Positions 35,601 to 47,600 of a stretch of DNA of 64,000 bases are shown here, piece by piece. The position numbers were made by a program, and so were the translations under genes. The stretch spans positions 2,108,001 to 2,172,000 of the forward strand of contig CATNEN010000005.1 in NCBI GenBank assembly GCA_950097015.1. Reading direction: 5' to 3'. The notes under the pieces were generated by a model. It worked only from the letters and a program-made list of their open reading frames with translations. It was not told the origin of the DNA and searched no databases. Origin of the DNA: Macrostomum hystrix (lineage: Eukaryota > Animalia > Platyhelminthes). The stretch's first letter is position 1; every line of letters starts with the position of its first letter.

Positions 35601-38600
35601 TGATCCATCTCTCCACTGGCTCCCATCTCTGATCCATCTCTCCACTGGCTCCCATCTCTTATCAATCCCTCCACTGTTTCCCATCTCTTATCTATCTCTC
35701 CACAGTTTCCCATCTCTTATCTCTCCACTGTCTCCCATATCCTATCCATCTCTCCACTGTCTCCCATCTCCAATCTTTGTACTTCTAGAGCCACACAGAT
35801 TATATTTATTTAAACTGAGTTAAGCATGACAAAATTGAATAAACCAGTCATATCGTTGACACACGGGTTTGGCCAGTGGATGACTAGCTTTCTTATTAAG
35901 TTCGGTCAGAAAAAGTACACAAGTCTTTCTGAGCTACTAGATGGCGGACAGAATAGTCTCAGGTTAGAGACTGACTGAAATTGCAAAATCGAAATCTAGT
36001 AGTGGACTAACATATAAGAGAGCAGTGGCAAGTGGTATCGATCTAGCATCTACAAGCGCTGTGCTTTCAAAGAAATCTATACACATTTTTATATACACGA
36101 GGCATAGTTCTCGTGTTTTGTAGTTTTGTAAGCCTGTACTCGTAACACTATTCATAAGCGTATGTTTAGTAGCCAGACTAGGAACTGGTGAAGAAAGATT
36201 TCGGACAAGACATGTCTTATAGAAGCACGCGCTTATATAATAGTATAATCTTGATGCCCAATCTAAATTAGTTGGCTGTTAACTCGAAGCACAAGATTTG
36301 GCAATCAGAGTTGCTTGTCTAACCAGAGATTTGAGCACTAGCAGAGCGATAATCTATTGGTTTATTAAACTATATTTATAATAAACTTAAATAAATATAA
36401 ATATATTAAATGGCACATCTTTTGGTGACACTGGACCCGCAGCCAGCTATGAGTCCATTCTGCCCATTTCGCAGACTCCTGAGCACATACTCACACAGAT
36501 ACCGTACCCAGGCATACGCTCATATAGGTGTGTACATCTGCCCTGACTTTCTCATCGTCAGGCAGTGTACACTCTCATTGTGCCTTGGACTTTGGCTTTC
36601 AACGTCGTCAAATGAATGTGGCCTCGCCGCGGAATCGAGCTTAGGGACCTTGGTGCGAGAGGCAAACGCGTTAGACCGCTACTAAATACTCACCTGTCTG
36701 AGATAAATCTGAGACTGTTGATGCAGTTTCTGAGTTCGCTGCTGCTGTTGCTGTAATTTCTTTGAATTTGAATTGCCGCTTGAGGAACTAGATGAAAAAC
36801 GAAATCTATTTAAAAGCCGATCGATAACAGACAAGCCAGATTGCTGCTGCTGCCGTTTGCAATTATCAACGATTGATGACACATCTGTCCCAGCAGCGCC
36901 AGTGGTGCTATTGTTACTGCACACGCCAGACGATGGGGATTTCGTCATTAAACTCAAAGCCGAATCAGGCGATTGAGTCTGACGCAACTCACTCAACCGA
37001 TCCGCGCCAATCAAAGCCGACGACGATCTTAGTTGCCTAGCAACCAATAATCGACGACAACCCGAAGCTAATAATCGTCGAACATCAACTAATCCCAAGC
37101 CGTCCAATGGTCGATCGTCTATGGCTAGGATGCGATCCCCAATCGATAGGGCCCCACCGTAGGCTGACTGAAGCAAATGGCTAACATAAAAGCCAACTTG
37201 CACCTGAATCACACCCGATAGTGCCGGACTCGCACTGCAAGACATAGCAGACGATGACTCTTCAGCTAGGCTGATAACTTGCACAAATTCAGACGAATAT
37301 TGTCTATTATTGTAGCTGTCAATTCTACTGGTCAAATTTGGCGATTGAAATCTTCGCCTAGCAACAACTAGTTGGCAGGCGGACTGTTTCGATGCTAGCA
37401 CAGCGGCTAAGGTAGCCTCGGCCGACCAGCCCAGAACGTCGATACCGTTTATTCGACGCAATTGATCGCCAGATAGTAAATTGAATTGATTGACAGTTGA
37501 GCAGTGATTGAAACAGATTATTCGATAGTAGCCATCAGTATCTGGCGAAGTGCTTAGCTGTTGTTGGGGATTTTGGAAAAGGATATGTACAGTTTATATG
37601 CACAGTACATCTATGGACATTTATGATTTACTCGAAGCTTTTAAATCTTTATCTTTACCTTTAATCGATACTTTATCTATCGCCATTGAAACTTTTTCCT
37701 ACTGTATTAATCTATATATATTTCATGCATCTTTATCTACTTAATCCATCTTTATTTTCCTTATCGATCTCTATCAACATTATCTATATCTATCTACCTT
37801 ATCCATCTTTACCTCCCTCATCCATCTTTATCTACCTTATCCATCTTTATCGACCTTATCCATGTTTATCAACCTCATTTATCTTTATCTACCTCATTCA
37901 TCTTTATCTACCTTATCCATCTTTATCGACATTATCCTTATTTATCAACCTCATTCATCTTTATCTACCTCATTTATCTTTATCTACCTTAACCATATTT
38001 ATCTACGTTATCCATCTCAATCTACCTAATCGATCCCTATCTACCTAATCCAACTCTATTTACCTTATCAATGTCTTTCTATGTGAATGAGAATTAATAT
38101 CTATATATTTCTAGTTATCTATCTACCTGTCATATCTATTAACACCAGCTCTAAAGTACAACACGGTAAACACATCTCACCTGAAATCCGCAGTCATCAA
38201 CAATGGGTCCAATATCGACGCACACAAGATCAAATGGCTGCACCAGAGACTTTTCCATGTCCAATTCAATATAGCACTCTCGCTCATTTTCCACCGCTGC
38301 TTGAGGATAGAACTCTTCTGAGAAGTTCTGCCCCCGGTTGGCAACAAATCTGAGTTGGGCGCTATCCCGCAATCGATCGCGCTCCTCTAGCGCGCTATTT
38401 AGCGCCAATTCGGCGCGCTCACACCGGGCAGTCAGTTGGCGAATCTCTTCGTGAACATCGTCCCGCTCGGACATTACTTTGCGCCATTCGCTGGAGGCGG
38501 CCAGAGCGGCAGATCGTTCGCTGGCGAGGGCTGCGCGGGCGGAGGAAAGCTCGTTGCGCAATCGAACGCATTCGGCCCGGACTGCGGCTAGGATTTGATG

Positions 38601-41600
38601 TTGCTGATGTTGCTGATGCTGCTGATGCTGCTGATGCTGCTGATGCAAAGGTGACGGCATCGGTTGAGCAGTACTGTACACATGATAATTTACATCTAGA
38701 GACGCTCTTTCAGGTTGCTGCTTCTGCTGTTGTTGTTGCTGTTGCTGCTGCTGCTGCTGATGTTCCTTAAGGCTTGCTATTTCCGCTAAAAAAATTAGGA
38801 GAAAGAAAGATGTAAAGAGCGTGATGTTTTCATGCGAAGTACATAAACCAGGATTTCTTGTGAAGCTTATCATAGAATAAGAATTTTCAATTTTGCAGGA
38901 GGGCTGCGGGCAATGGCACATCATCTTTGATGACAGTGTTGACCCACAGCCAGCGAGGAGGCAATTCTGCCCATTTCGCTGACACACATACACAATTGGG
39001 TGTACATCTGCCCTGACTTTTTCATCGTCAAGCAGTGTACACTCTCACTGTGCGCCTTGAAGGTTGGGGATGTTGTATTGTGTGTTTGGTTTTAGTCGTC
39101 TGATTAATAACTGACCAGGCGTGAAGACTATATAAATATAAATATTAATCATTGACAACATCTTATTTTAGTCCTAAATATATATATAATTATTAATAAT
39201 CGAAATCGCGAGAAAACCAACCCACACAGAGAATGAGAGAGAGAGAGCTGGCACATTGGGATATGAAAGTAAAAAACTAATACCATCAAGCTTTGACCGG
39301 GTCACATATTTATTTTGATTAACTACAAATATATGCATATCTATAGGCATACCGCGATTCTGTAGGCTTGAGTGCTAGCAGCGACACCAGCAAAGTTGAT
39401 TTTACAGTTTAGAAATGAAAATCAATCTATAAACTATATTTTTCCTAGCATGAAAGTTAGAGAAGAAATAAAACGAAATTTATCAACGCTTAGCGAGATA
39501 AGAGATTCTGATTACTGTTTACTGCACACTTAAATATACATTGTAGTTTGCCTACAAATAATAATATACACTACTCAGGAAGCACTAGGTTATGAGGCTA
39601 GTAAAATATCAAAGAGAGGGCGGAGAAATATCGAAGAGAGGGCGGAGAAATATCGTAGAGGGCGGAGAAATATCGTAGAGAGGGCGGAGAAATATCGTAG
39701 AGAGGGCGGAGAAATATCAAAGAGAGGGCGGAGAAATATCGTAGAGAGGGCGGAGAAATATCGTAGAGGGCGGAGAAATATCGTAGAGAGGGCGGAGAAA
39801 TATCAAAGAGAGGGCGGAGAAATATCGTAGAGAGGGCGGAGAAATATCGTAGAGGGCGGAGAAATATCGTAGAGAGGGCAGAGAAATATCGTAGAGGGCG
39901 GAGAAATATCGTAGAGGGCGGAGAAATATCGTAGAGAGGGCGGAGAAATATCGTAGAGAGGGCGGAGAAATATCGTAGAGAGGGCGGAGAAATATCGTAG
40001 AGAGGGCGGAGAAATATCGTAGAGAGGGCGGAGAAATATCGTAGAGAGGGCGGAGAAATATCGTAGAGAGGGCGGAGAAATATCGTAGAGAGGGCGGAGA
40101 AATATCGTAGAGAGGGCGGAGAAATATCGTAGAGAGGGCGGAGAAATATTGTAGAGAGGGCGGAGAAATATCGTAGAGAGGGCGGAGAAATATCGTAGAG
40201 AGGGCGGAGAAATATCGTAGAGAGGGCGGAGAAATATTGTAGAGGGCGGAAAAATATCGTAGAGAGGGCGGAGAAATATTGTAGAGGGCGGAGAAATATC
40301 GTAGAGAGGGCGGAGAAATATCGAAGAGAGGGCGGAGAAATATCGTAGAGAGGGCGGAGAAATATCGTAGAGAGGGCGGAGAAATATCGTAGAGAGGGCG
40401 GAGAAATATCGTAGAGAGGGCGGAGAAATATTGTAGAGGGCGGAAAAATATCGTAGAGAGGGCGGAGAAATATTGTAGAGGGCGGAGAAATATCGTAGAG
40501 AGGGCGGAGAAATATCGAAGAGAGGGCGGAGAAATATTGTAGAGGGCGGAGAAATATCGTAGAGAGGGCGGAGAAATATCGTAGAGAGGGCGGAGAAATA
40601 TCGTAGAGAGGGCGGAGAAATATCGTAGAGAGGGCGGAGAAATATCGTAGAGAGGGCGGAGAAATATCGTAGAGGGCGGAGAAATGTCGTAGAGAGAGGG
40701 CGGAGAAATATCGTAGAGGGCGGAGAAGTGTCGTAGAGGGCGGAGAAATATCGTAGAGGGCGGAGAAATGTCGTAGAGAGAGGGCGGAGAAATATCGTAG
40801 AGGGCGGAGAAATATCGTAGAGGGCGGAGAAATGTCGTAGAGAGAGGGCGGAGAAATATCGTAGAGGGCGGAGAAATGTCGTAGAGAGAGGGCGGAGAAA
40901 TATCGTAGAGGGCGGAGAAATGTCGTAGAGAGGGCGGAGAAATATCGTAGAGAGGGCGGAGAAATATCGTAGAGAGGGCGGAGAAATATCGTAGAGGGCG
41001 GAGAAATGTCGTAGAGAGAGGGCGGAGAAATATCGTAGAGGGCGGAGAAATGTCGTAGAGAGGGCGGAGAAATATCGTAGAGAGGGCGGAGAAATATCGT
41101 AGAGAGGGCGGAGAAATATCGTAGAGGGCGGAGAAATATCGAAGAGAGGGCGGAGAAATATCGTAGAGGGCGGAGAAATATCGTAGAGAGGGCGGAGAAA
41201 TATCGTAGAGGGCGGAGAAATATCGAAGAGAGGGCGGAGAAATGTCGTAGAGAGAGGGGCGGAGAAATATCGTAGAGAGGGCGGAGAAATATCGTAGAGA
41301 GGGCGGAGAAATATCGTAGAGAGGGCGGAGAAATATCGTAGAGGGCGGAGAAATATCGTAGAGAGGGCGGAGAAATATCGTAGAGGGCGGAGAAATATCG
41401 TAGAGAGGGCGGAGAAATATCGTAGAGGGCGGAGAAATATCGAAGAGAGGGCGGAGAAATGTCGTAGAGAGAGGGGCGGAGAAATATCGTAGAGAGGGCG
41501 GAGAAATATCGTAGAGAGGGCGGAGAAATATCGTAGAGAGGGCGGAGAAATATCGTAGAGAGGGCGGAGAAATATCGTAGAGGGCGGAGAAATATCGAAG

Positions 41601-44600
41601 AGAGGGCGGAGAAATGTCGTAGAGAGGGCGGAGAAATATCGTAGAGAGGGCGGAGAAATATCGTAGAGAGGGCGGAGAAATATTGTAGAGAGGGCGGAGA
41701 AATATCGTAGAGAGGGCGGAGAAATATCGTAGAGAGGGCGGAGAAATATCGTAGAGAGGGCGGAGAAATATCGTAGAGAGGGCGGAGAAATATCGTAGAG
41801 AGGGCGGAGAAATATCGTAGAGAGGGCGGAGAAATATCGTAGAGAGGGCGGAGAAATATTGTAGAGAGGGCGGAGAAATATCGTAGAGAGGGCGGAGAAA
41901 TATCGTAGAGAGGGCGGAGAAATATCGTAAATAGGGGCGGAGAAATATCATAGCGAGAAAAAGGCGAAGAAAAAGAAAACGAAGGGCGGATAATTATTCG
42001 AAAAGAGGCAGGGAAACATAGGAAGGATCTAAATAGCCTAGACCCTATGAATCATGTACGATGCATGCTCTGCTAATTGAAATCACATACCCAGTGCAGC
42101 TATTCATGTAGTTAATTCAAAAAATTATTTTCTTAGCAGGCTGCAGAGTCAGCTGGTCTCGAGGGACTGAGAAAAAAATTAGATAAAAATGTAAGACGAG
42201 AATATATATTTTGCTGTCTTCCGGAAGAACAAGAAGTAGAACGCTCTTAGTCGTCTAGTTGAGTTGAAAAATGGAAATTTTCGTTCTCAATTTTCTCATT
42301 TTTTAGTCGCATCACTTCCCTGGAATTTGAGCTGGCCAAGTAAAACAGACATGTCAGACATGTACTATAAGTAATCTCAATAACACCTCATTATTGACAT
42401 CTCAATAATGAAATTATAATTTCTCGCTATTGAGGAAGTAGCATGCGGAAGGGGTTGTAGCCTAGTGGTAAGAGTGTCGGACTCACGACCTGGAAGGTCG
42501 AGGTTCGATTCCCGACTCAAGTAGAACAACTGAAAAAACGACACCCAGCTAATAAATGGTTACCAGCATTAGGTGGGGTAATTGAGTTTGAGTGTTGCCT
42601 CTACCCCAGTCCATGGACTGAACAGCCGAAAACAGCTTTCAGATAATTACGATTGAAGAGAAACACAAACAGAAATATTTTAAAGATTTTACAGCTCAGC
42701 GAGGGTCTTACTCAATGACACGCTTGAGTAGTAAAAACTATACTTTTTAATGTTCGCCACATTAGTACACGTACATGTGTACTAAACATCAGAAAATTGT
42801 GGTCAATCGATCAAGCTGATAAAACAGAAATATGGCGGTAGATAAAACACAGAATCCCTAGCTATTTTGTCACTCCCTGTAACCATGGTGTGTATTTAAA
42901 ACTGACGCCGACTAACATAGAGATGAGATAATAGGAAGAGAGGCGAGTATAGAAACAGGGACAGACAAAACTAGGAGAAATATTGATGGATCTTTGGTGG
43001 ATGGCAGAGTAGGAGAAATAATGAGGCAGTAAGATTTGGGAGGCTATGATAGGATAGTATGAGGCGAGTGCTACTGCACTAATCCACGGCTGACAGACAG
43101 CGAAAGACAAAAATAGAGAAAAATACAGCAAAAGTTTGAGAAAAGAAGGCACACGTCATATCATGAGATACGCATTAAAACATGGCGCCCTCACCTCTAC
43201 CCCCCGACCCGAAGCAGTGAAAAACGACAAACTTTTTATAAGACTACTTTGTCATTAAATATATAATTACTAGAAATAGTGAAGACTTATTTTAGAGTGA
43301 CACTCAGGAATAAATAGAAAATGAGATTCAAAGCAGAGACATTTACTTAAAAAACTCAGCATTCAGTAAAAAAATATAATAAAAGTACGGATAGATTTCT
43401 ACGAAAAGCCAGGATAATCTCTAAAATGATTGACAGACGATTCGAAATGCCTCTATACGTTGATGGATATGGAAAAAGTAAGGGACAAGGAGAGAGCAAA
43501 ATCTAGAAAAATAGTATAGAGGACTAGCATTTCGCGACCCCATTGGAGATTAAAAAATAAAAAACCAACTTGATTGATTTGACGAAAATACGATAAGCAG
43601 GAAAGTAAAATGAATGCAACAAAACTAGTTATACGGCTCGTAAACAAGTTGCGATTTTTTGCCCATAAAACCAAAAAGCTACCAGTATGACTGATATTTA
43701 GTATAAGGAAAATATCTCTAAAAGCAAAGCGAAGTTGGCTTAAAAAATATGGAACAACTTTTTAAAAGCGTAAAAAAACTGATATAGGCAGAAAATAGAA
43801 TCGATATTATATACACTTAACGCTCGTAGTATTTTTTACGAGGGCTATCCCCGAAAAGAAGTTTCGCTGCAGTACTAATTTTCTGAAGTACATTTTTTTG
43901 GCAGACGCGTCATTCCTGAATCTATATGTCTATGGTAAAAGGCACCACAAGTTTGAAAGCAAATGCAGTCTCACAAGCTGCAGGGCATCAAGTTAAACAC
44001 AGCTTCGTTTGCAAAGATGGTCACTTTGGCTTCGTTCACACGATACGACGTCAGAAACATGATCAAGTTTTCAGTTTTGGCTGGCAAATCAACATCAGAG
44101 ATTCATGGAGAGCTTGGACTAGTTCTGAAAGATAATGCTCCATCAGTTCAAATGGTTCGGAAATGGGTCCGTGAAGTTCAAGGAGACGATGGAAGACAAA
44201 AAGCGGTCTGGAAGGCCAAGATTAGCCTGAGCGTGGCCGAGCGTGTCAAAGGACAGCAGAATGACTTGCAATGAGATTGAGGACCTCCTGGACATTCCTC
44301 ACAGTACAGTACATCTCTTTCTTACTGAGCAGTTGGAAGGTCTTGGCACAGAGCAGATTAACAACGAAGGGATGCTGCCTTTCAAGTGTGGGTACGGCCC
44401 CGGCAAAGGTCCGTGGACCTTGGCGGTAAATTTGTGGATTAACTATGATCTGTTTTGACTACTGTTAAAGCTTTAAGACGTTCCTTTAAACTGTTCGCTT
44501 TTTATTGTTGACCGAAACTTACTTTTGTGATAGCCCTCGTAGAGTAGGCAAAAACTTATGCAACTATATAGAAAGACATTTTTGATAACTCACTTACCAG

Positions 44601-47600
44601 ATCGAGAATCTGCTAACATGGCTAATCTAATAGCTTCCTCCTGGTAATATCTGAGCATCGCGATTTAGTTTTTAAATTGAAATTCTGTTAGTTATAACTC
44701 GGAAAAAACGGAATCTCAAAAACTTCCTATTCGAATGGGATGGGGAAATAGTCCGGATGTAATCATTTATCCCTTAGTTTTCGGCTGGGGGAATTTCAAA
44801 CTGTTCTACCACTGTTCAAACAACGAATAGCAGTGATTCGTTCACACATACTGAAGTCCGCACAGCCAATTGGATCTAGTCAAAGGAGATGCGGGAAAAT
44901 CCGCCCACTTGGTAACCATGCAGCTTTATCGAACAAAAAATCGACAAAACAAAAATACTGATAATCGGGGGTCGGTGGCAAAGCGGTTAACGCGATTGCC
45001 TCACGCACCACGAACCCTAAGTTCAATTCCACGATGAGGCCACATTTATTTGGGGCGCAGCCGCGGAGAGAAGGCTCGGGGGCTTGTCGTGCAATTCACG
45101 CCCTTGAGGGCCAACCTCCAAGGCACAGTAAGTGTACACTGCCTGACGATGAGAAAGTCAGGGCAGATGCACACACCTGTGTAAGCGTGTGCCTGCGTAC
45201 GGTATCTGTGTGCGTGTGTACTCAGGAGTCAGCGAAATGGGCAGAACTGCCTCCTCGCTGGCTGCGGGTCTAGTGTCACTAAATGATGCGTCATTGCCCG
45301 CAGCCCTCATTGTAGCTTTAAAAAGCTGTAAATTCAGCTGCTAAAAAGTATATACTAGAAGAATTAAAAGTATTTCTGCTCCCCGAAGGGGGGCATAACT
45401 TGCTAGTTATTACTATTATTATAATACTGATAATCATGCTTATTAAATGATGCCGTTGGACCAAAGAATCTGTCTTTAATCTACGTTCGTACACTATCGA
45501 TTTGCAGCTAGAGATATAAAGTGCACTAACAAATAAAAAAAGAATATAAATAGACGATAAACAGTTTTCTAGATAGGGAGACCTAGTGTATTTTTCTTAT
45601 CCAACGTCTTAAATATAAGTCAGTAGCATAACCGTGTCAAAAAACGGCTGGAAAAAGAGAGTGTAGGCAAGCGTAAAGAGACATCTGACATCAGATAGAT
45701 GCTTTCTGGCCAAGAAAACTATCGATCCAGCAAAGAAAAAATGGGGACTAAAAAGCTTGCTTTTAGTTGACCAGACTAGATAGATCAGACGAAGAGTATC
45801 TGTTACAAAAGCGGAAGACTAAATGGGGCCCGACAGCACTTCGCGGGTGTTTGAGAAGCTGATGGCGGGGCTATTAGAAAATAGGCAACTTGGAAGGCTG
45901 AAAGAAAGTTAAGATGACTTTAAGAGGGCAAGTTGTTAGACAGGAGAAATGGAAAGTAGATAGAAATTAAAGAAATAATTAGTTCGACTAGACGAGACGA
46001 GAAGAGAAATAAAAGTTCGGTATGAAAGTAAAAGTGATTTTAAGTCGACAAACTTTACTAAGGAACTTGTGAAGGTAGGTCAGGTAAAATCCACCATTTT
46101 TTAATCAGAAATGTGAATTTAAGAAAATATAAACTTACTGAATACTTTTTATATTTTTATTTTAATTAACGTTTTTAACGTTTTTCGAAAAAGTAATTAT
46201 TTTCTTTATATCACATCATACACTCGTATTTCTCTTGTAACATTTTCGACACGACAATTGAAACAAATTATTCTACGATTTTTACCCCGAAAGCATTTTT
46301 CTATCACTGCAACTTTTCTATTCCCCTCTCGCACCTTTTCCTACTAATCTCTTCTGCATTTTCTACCCGTCTTTCTATCCCTCTATCAAACTTTTTCTTC
46401 CTCTCACACACTTTTTCTTCCCCTCACCCACTTTTTCTACCCCTTACCCACTACTTCTAGCCTCACCCACTATTTCTACCCCTCACCCACTACTTCTACC
46501 CCTCAACCACTACTTCTACCCCTCACCCACTACTTCTACCCCTCACCCACTACTTCTACCCCTCACCCACTACTTCTACCCCTCACCCACTACTTCTACC
46601 CCTCACCCACTATTTCTTCCCCTCACCCACTTTTTCTTTCCCTCACCCACTATTTCTACCCCTCACCCACTACTTCTACCCCTCACCCACTTTTTCTTCC
46701 CCTCACCCACTTTTTCTACCCCTCACCCACTTTTTCTTCCTCTCACCCACTATTTCTTCCCCTCACCCACTATTTCTTCCCCTCACCCACTTTTTCTTTC
46801 CCTCACCCACTATTTCTTCCCCTCACCCACTTTTTCTTCCCCTCACCCACTATTTCTTTCCCTCACCCACTATTTCTTCCCCTCACCCACTTTTTCTTCC
46901 CCTCACCCACGACGAGCGTATTTCTTCCCCTTACCCACTATTTCTTCCCCTCACCCACTATTTCTTCCCCTCATCCACTTTTTCTTCCCCTCACACACTT
47001 TTTTCCCGTCACACTTTTTCTTCCCCTCATTCTACCTTTCTGCGTCCTGTCTCTCTTATTCTCTCTAGTGACTGAAAGATGGGATTATATTTATATTAGT
47101 TATTATCTTTTCTTCCTTTTGCAAATTATTTTATCCTCTTAAAAGTGTTTTTTCTCTCGCCAAAAAGCTCTAAAACACCCGACATCCATTTCTAACTCAT
47201 GCTAGGTTGGCTAACTCCGAGTCTAATCTAATGACTAGTCTTTGTGTACTTTAAACAGATTAAAGTGGGTGTCGATTAGGCCATGGATTAAGCTTAACCT
47301 GTCTCTCTCACACTGCGGCAATGAAGGAATGAACTGATAAAAAAATAAGTAGAAACTAATGCATGAGAAATAGAGAGAGAGATGAAGCATAGTTTTAGAG
47401 TGCTAAAACTGATGAAAGTGTTCAACAAAAAGCACTTAAGGCTGCTCTCAAGCATGCCAACATTGAATCGGAAATCAATATAATAGACAATGCAGAATAG
47501 TAGAGCTAACATTTTTTAATAAAAAAAACCCATCATGTGAATTATAAACAAACGACTACTTATAATCTAGACAAGATAAAATAGTATATTGTTTTTTAAT

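Noticed and set aside
39717-41951. 744-aa ORF (longest in the track)
   Set aside because: Minisatellite translation inside an intron.
42447-42520. tRNA genes (also 18860, 32075, 32343, 44967, 51145)
   Set aside because: A/B boxes are present but I could not fold a full cloverleaf or acceptor stem, and several continue into shared SINE bodies.
44575-44660. Extra MAGUK-gene exon ending in GTAAGT (YYQEEAIRLAMLADSRS)
   Set aside because: No phase-1 acceptor gives an open frame; the flanking exons join directly in phase.
45143-45157. Hammerhead-like CUGACGA...GAAA in SINE A
   Set aside because: Only 3 nt where stem II should be, no NUH before stem I, and CUGANGA is not conserved among copies.
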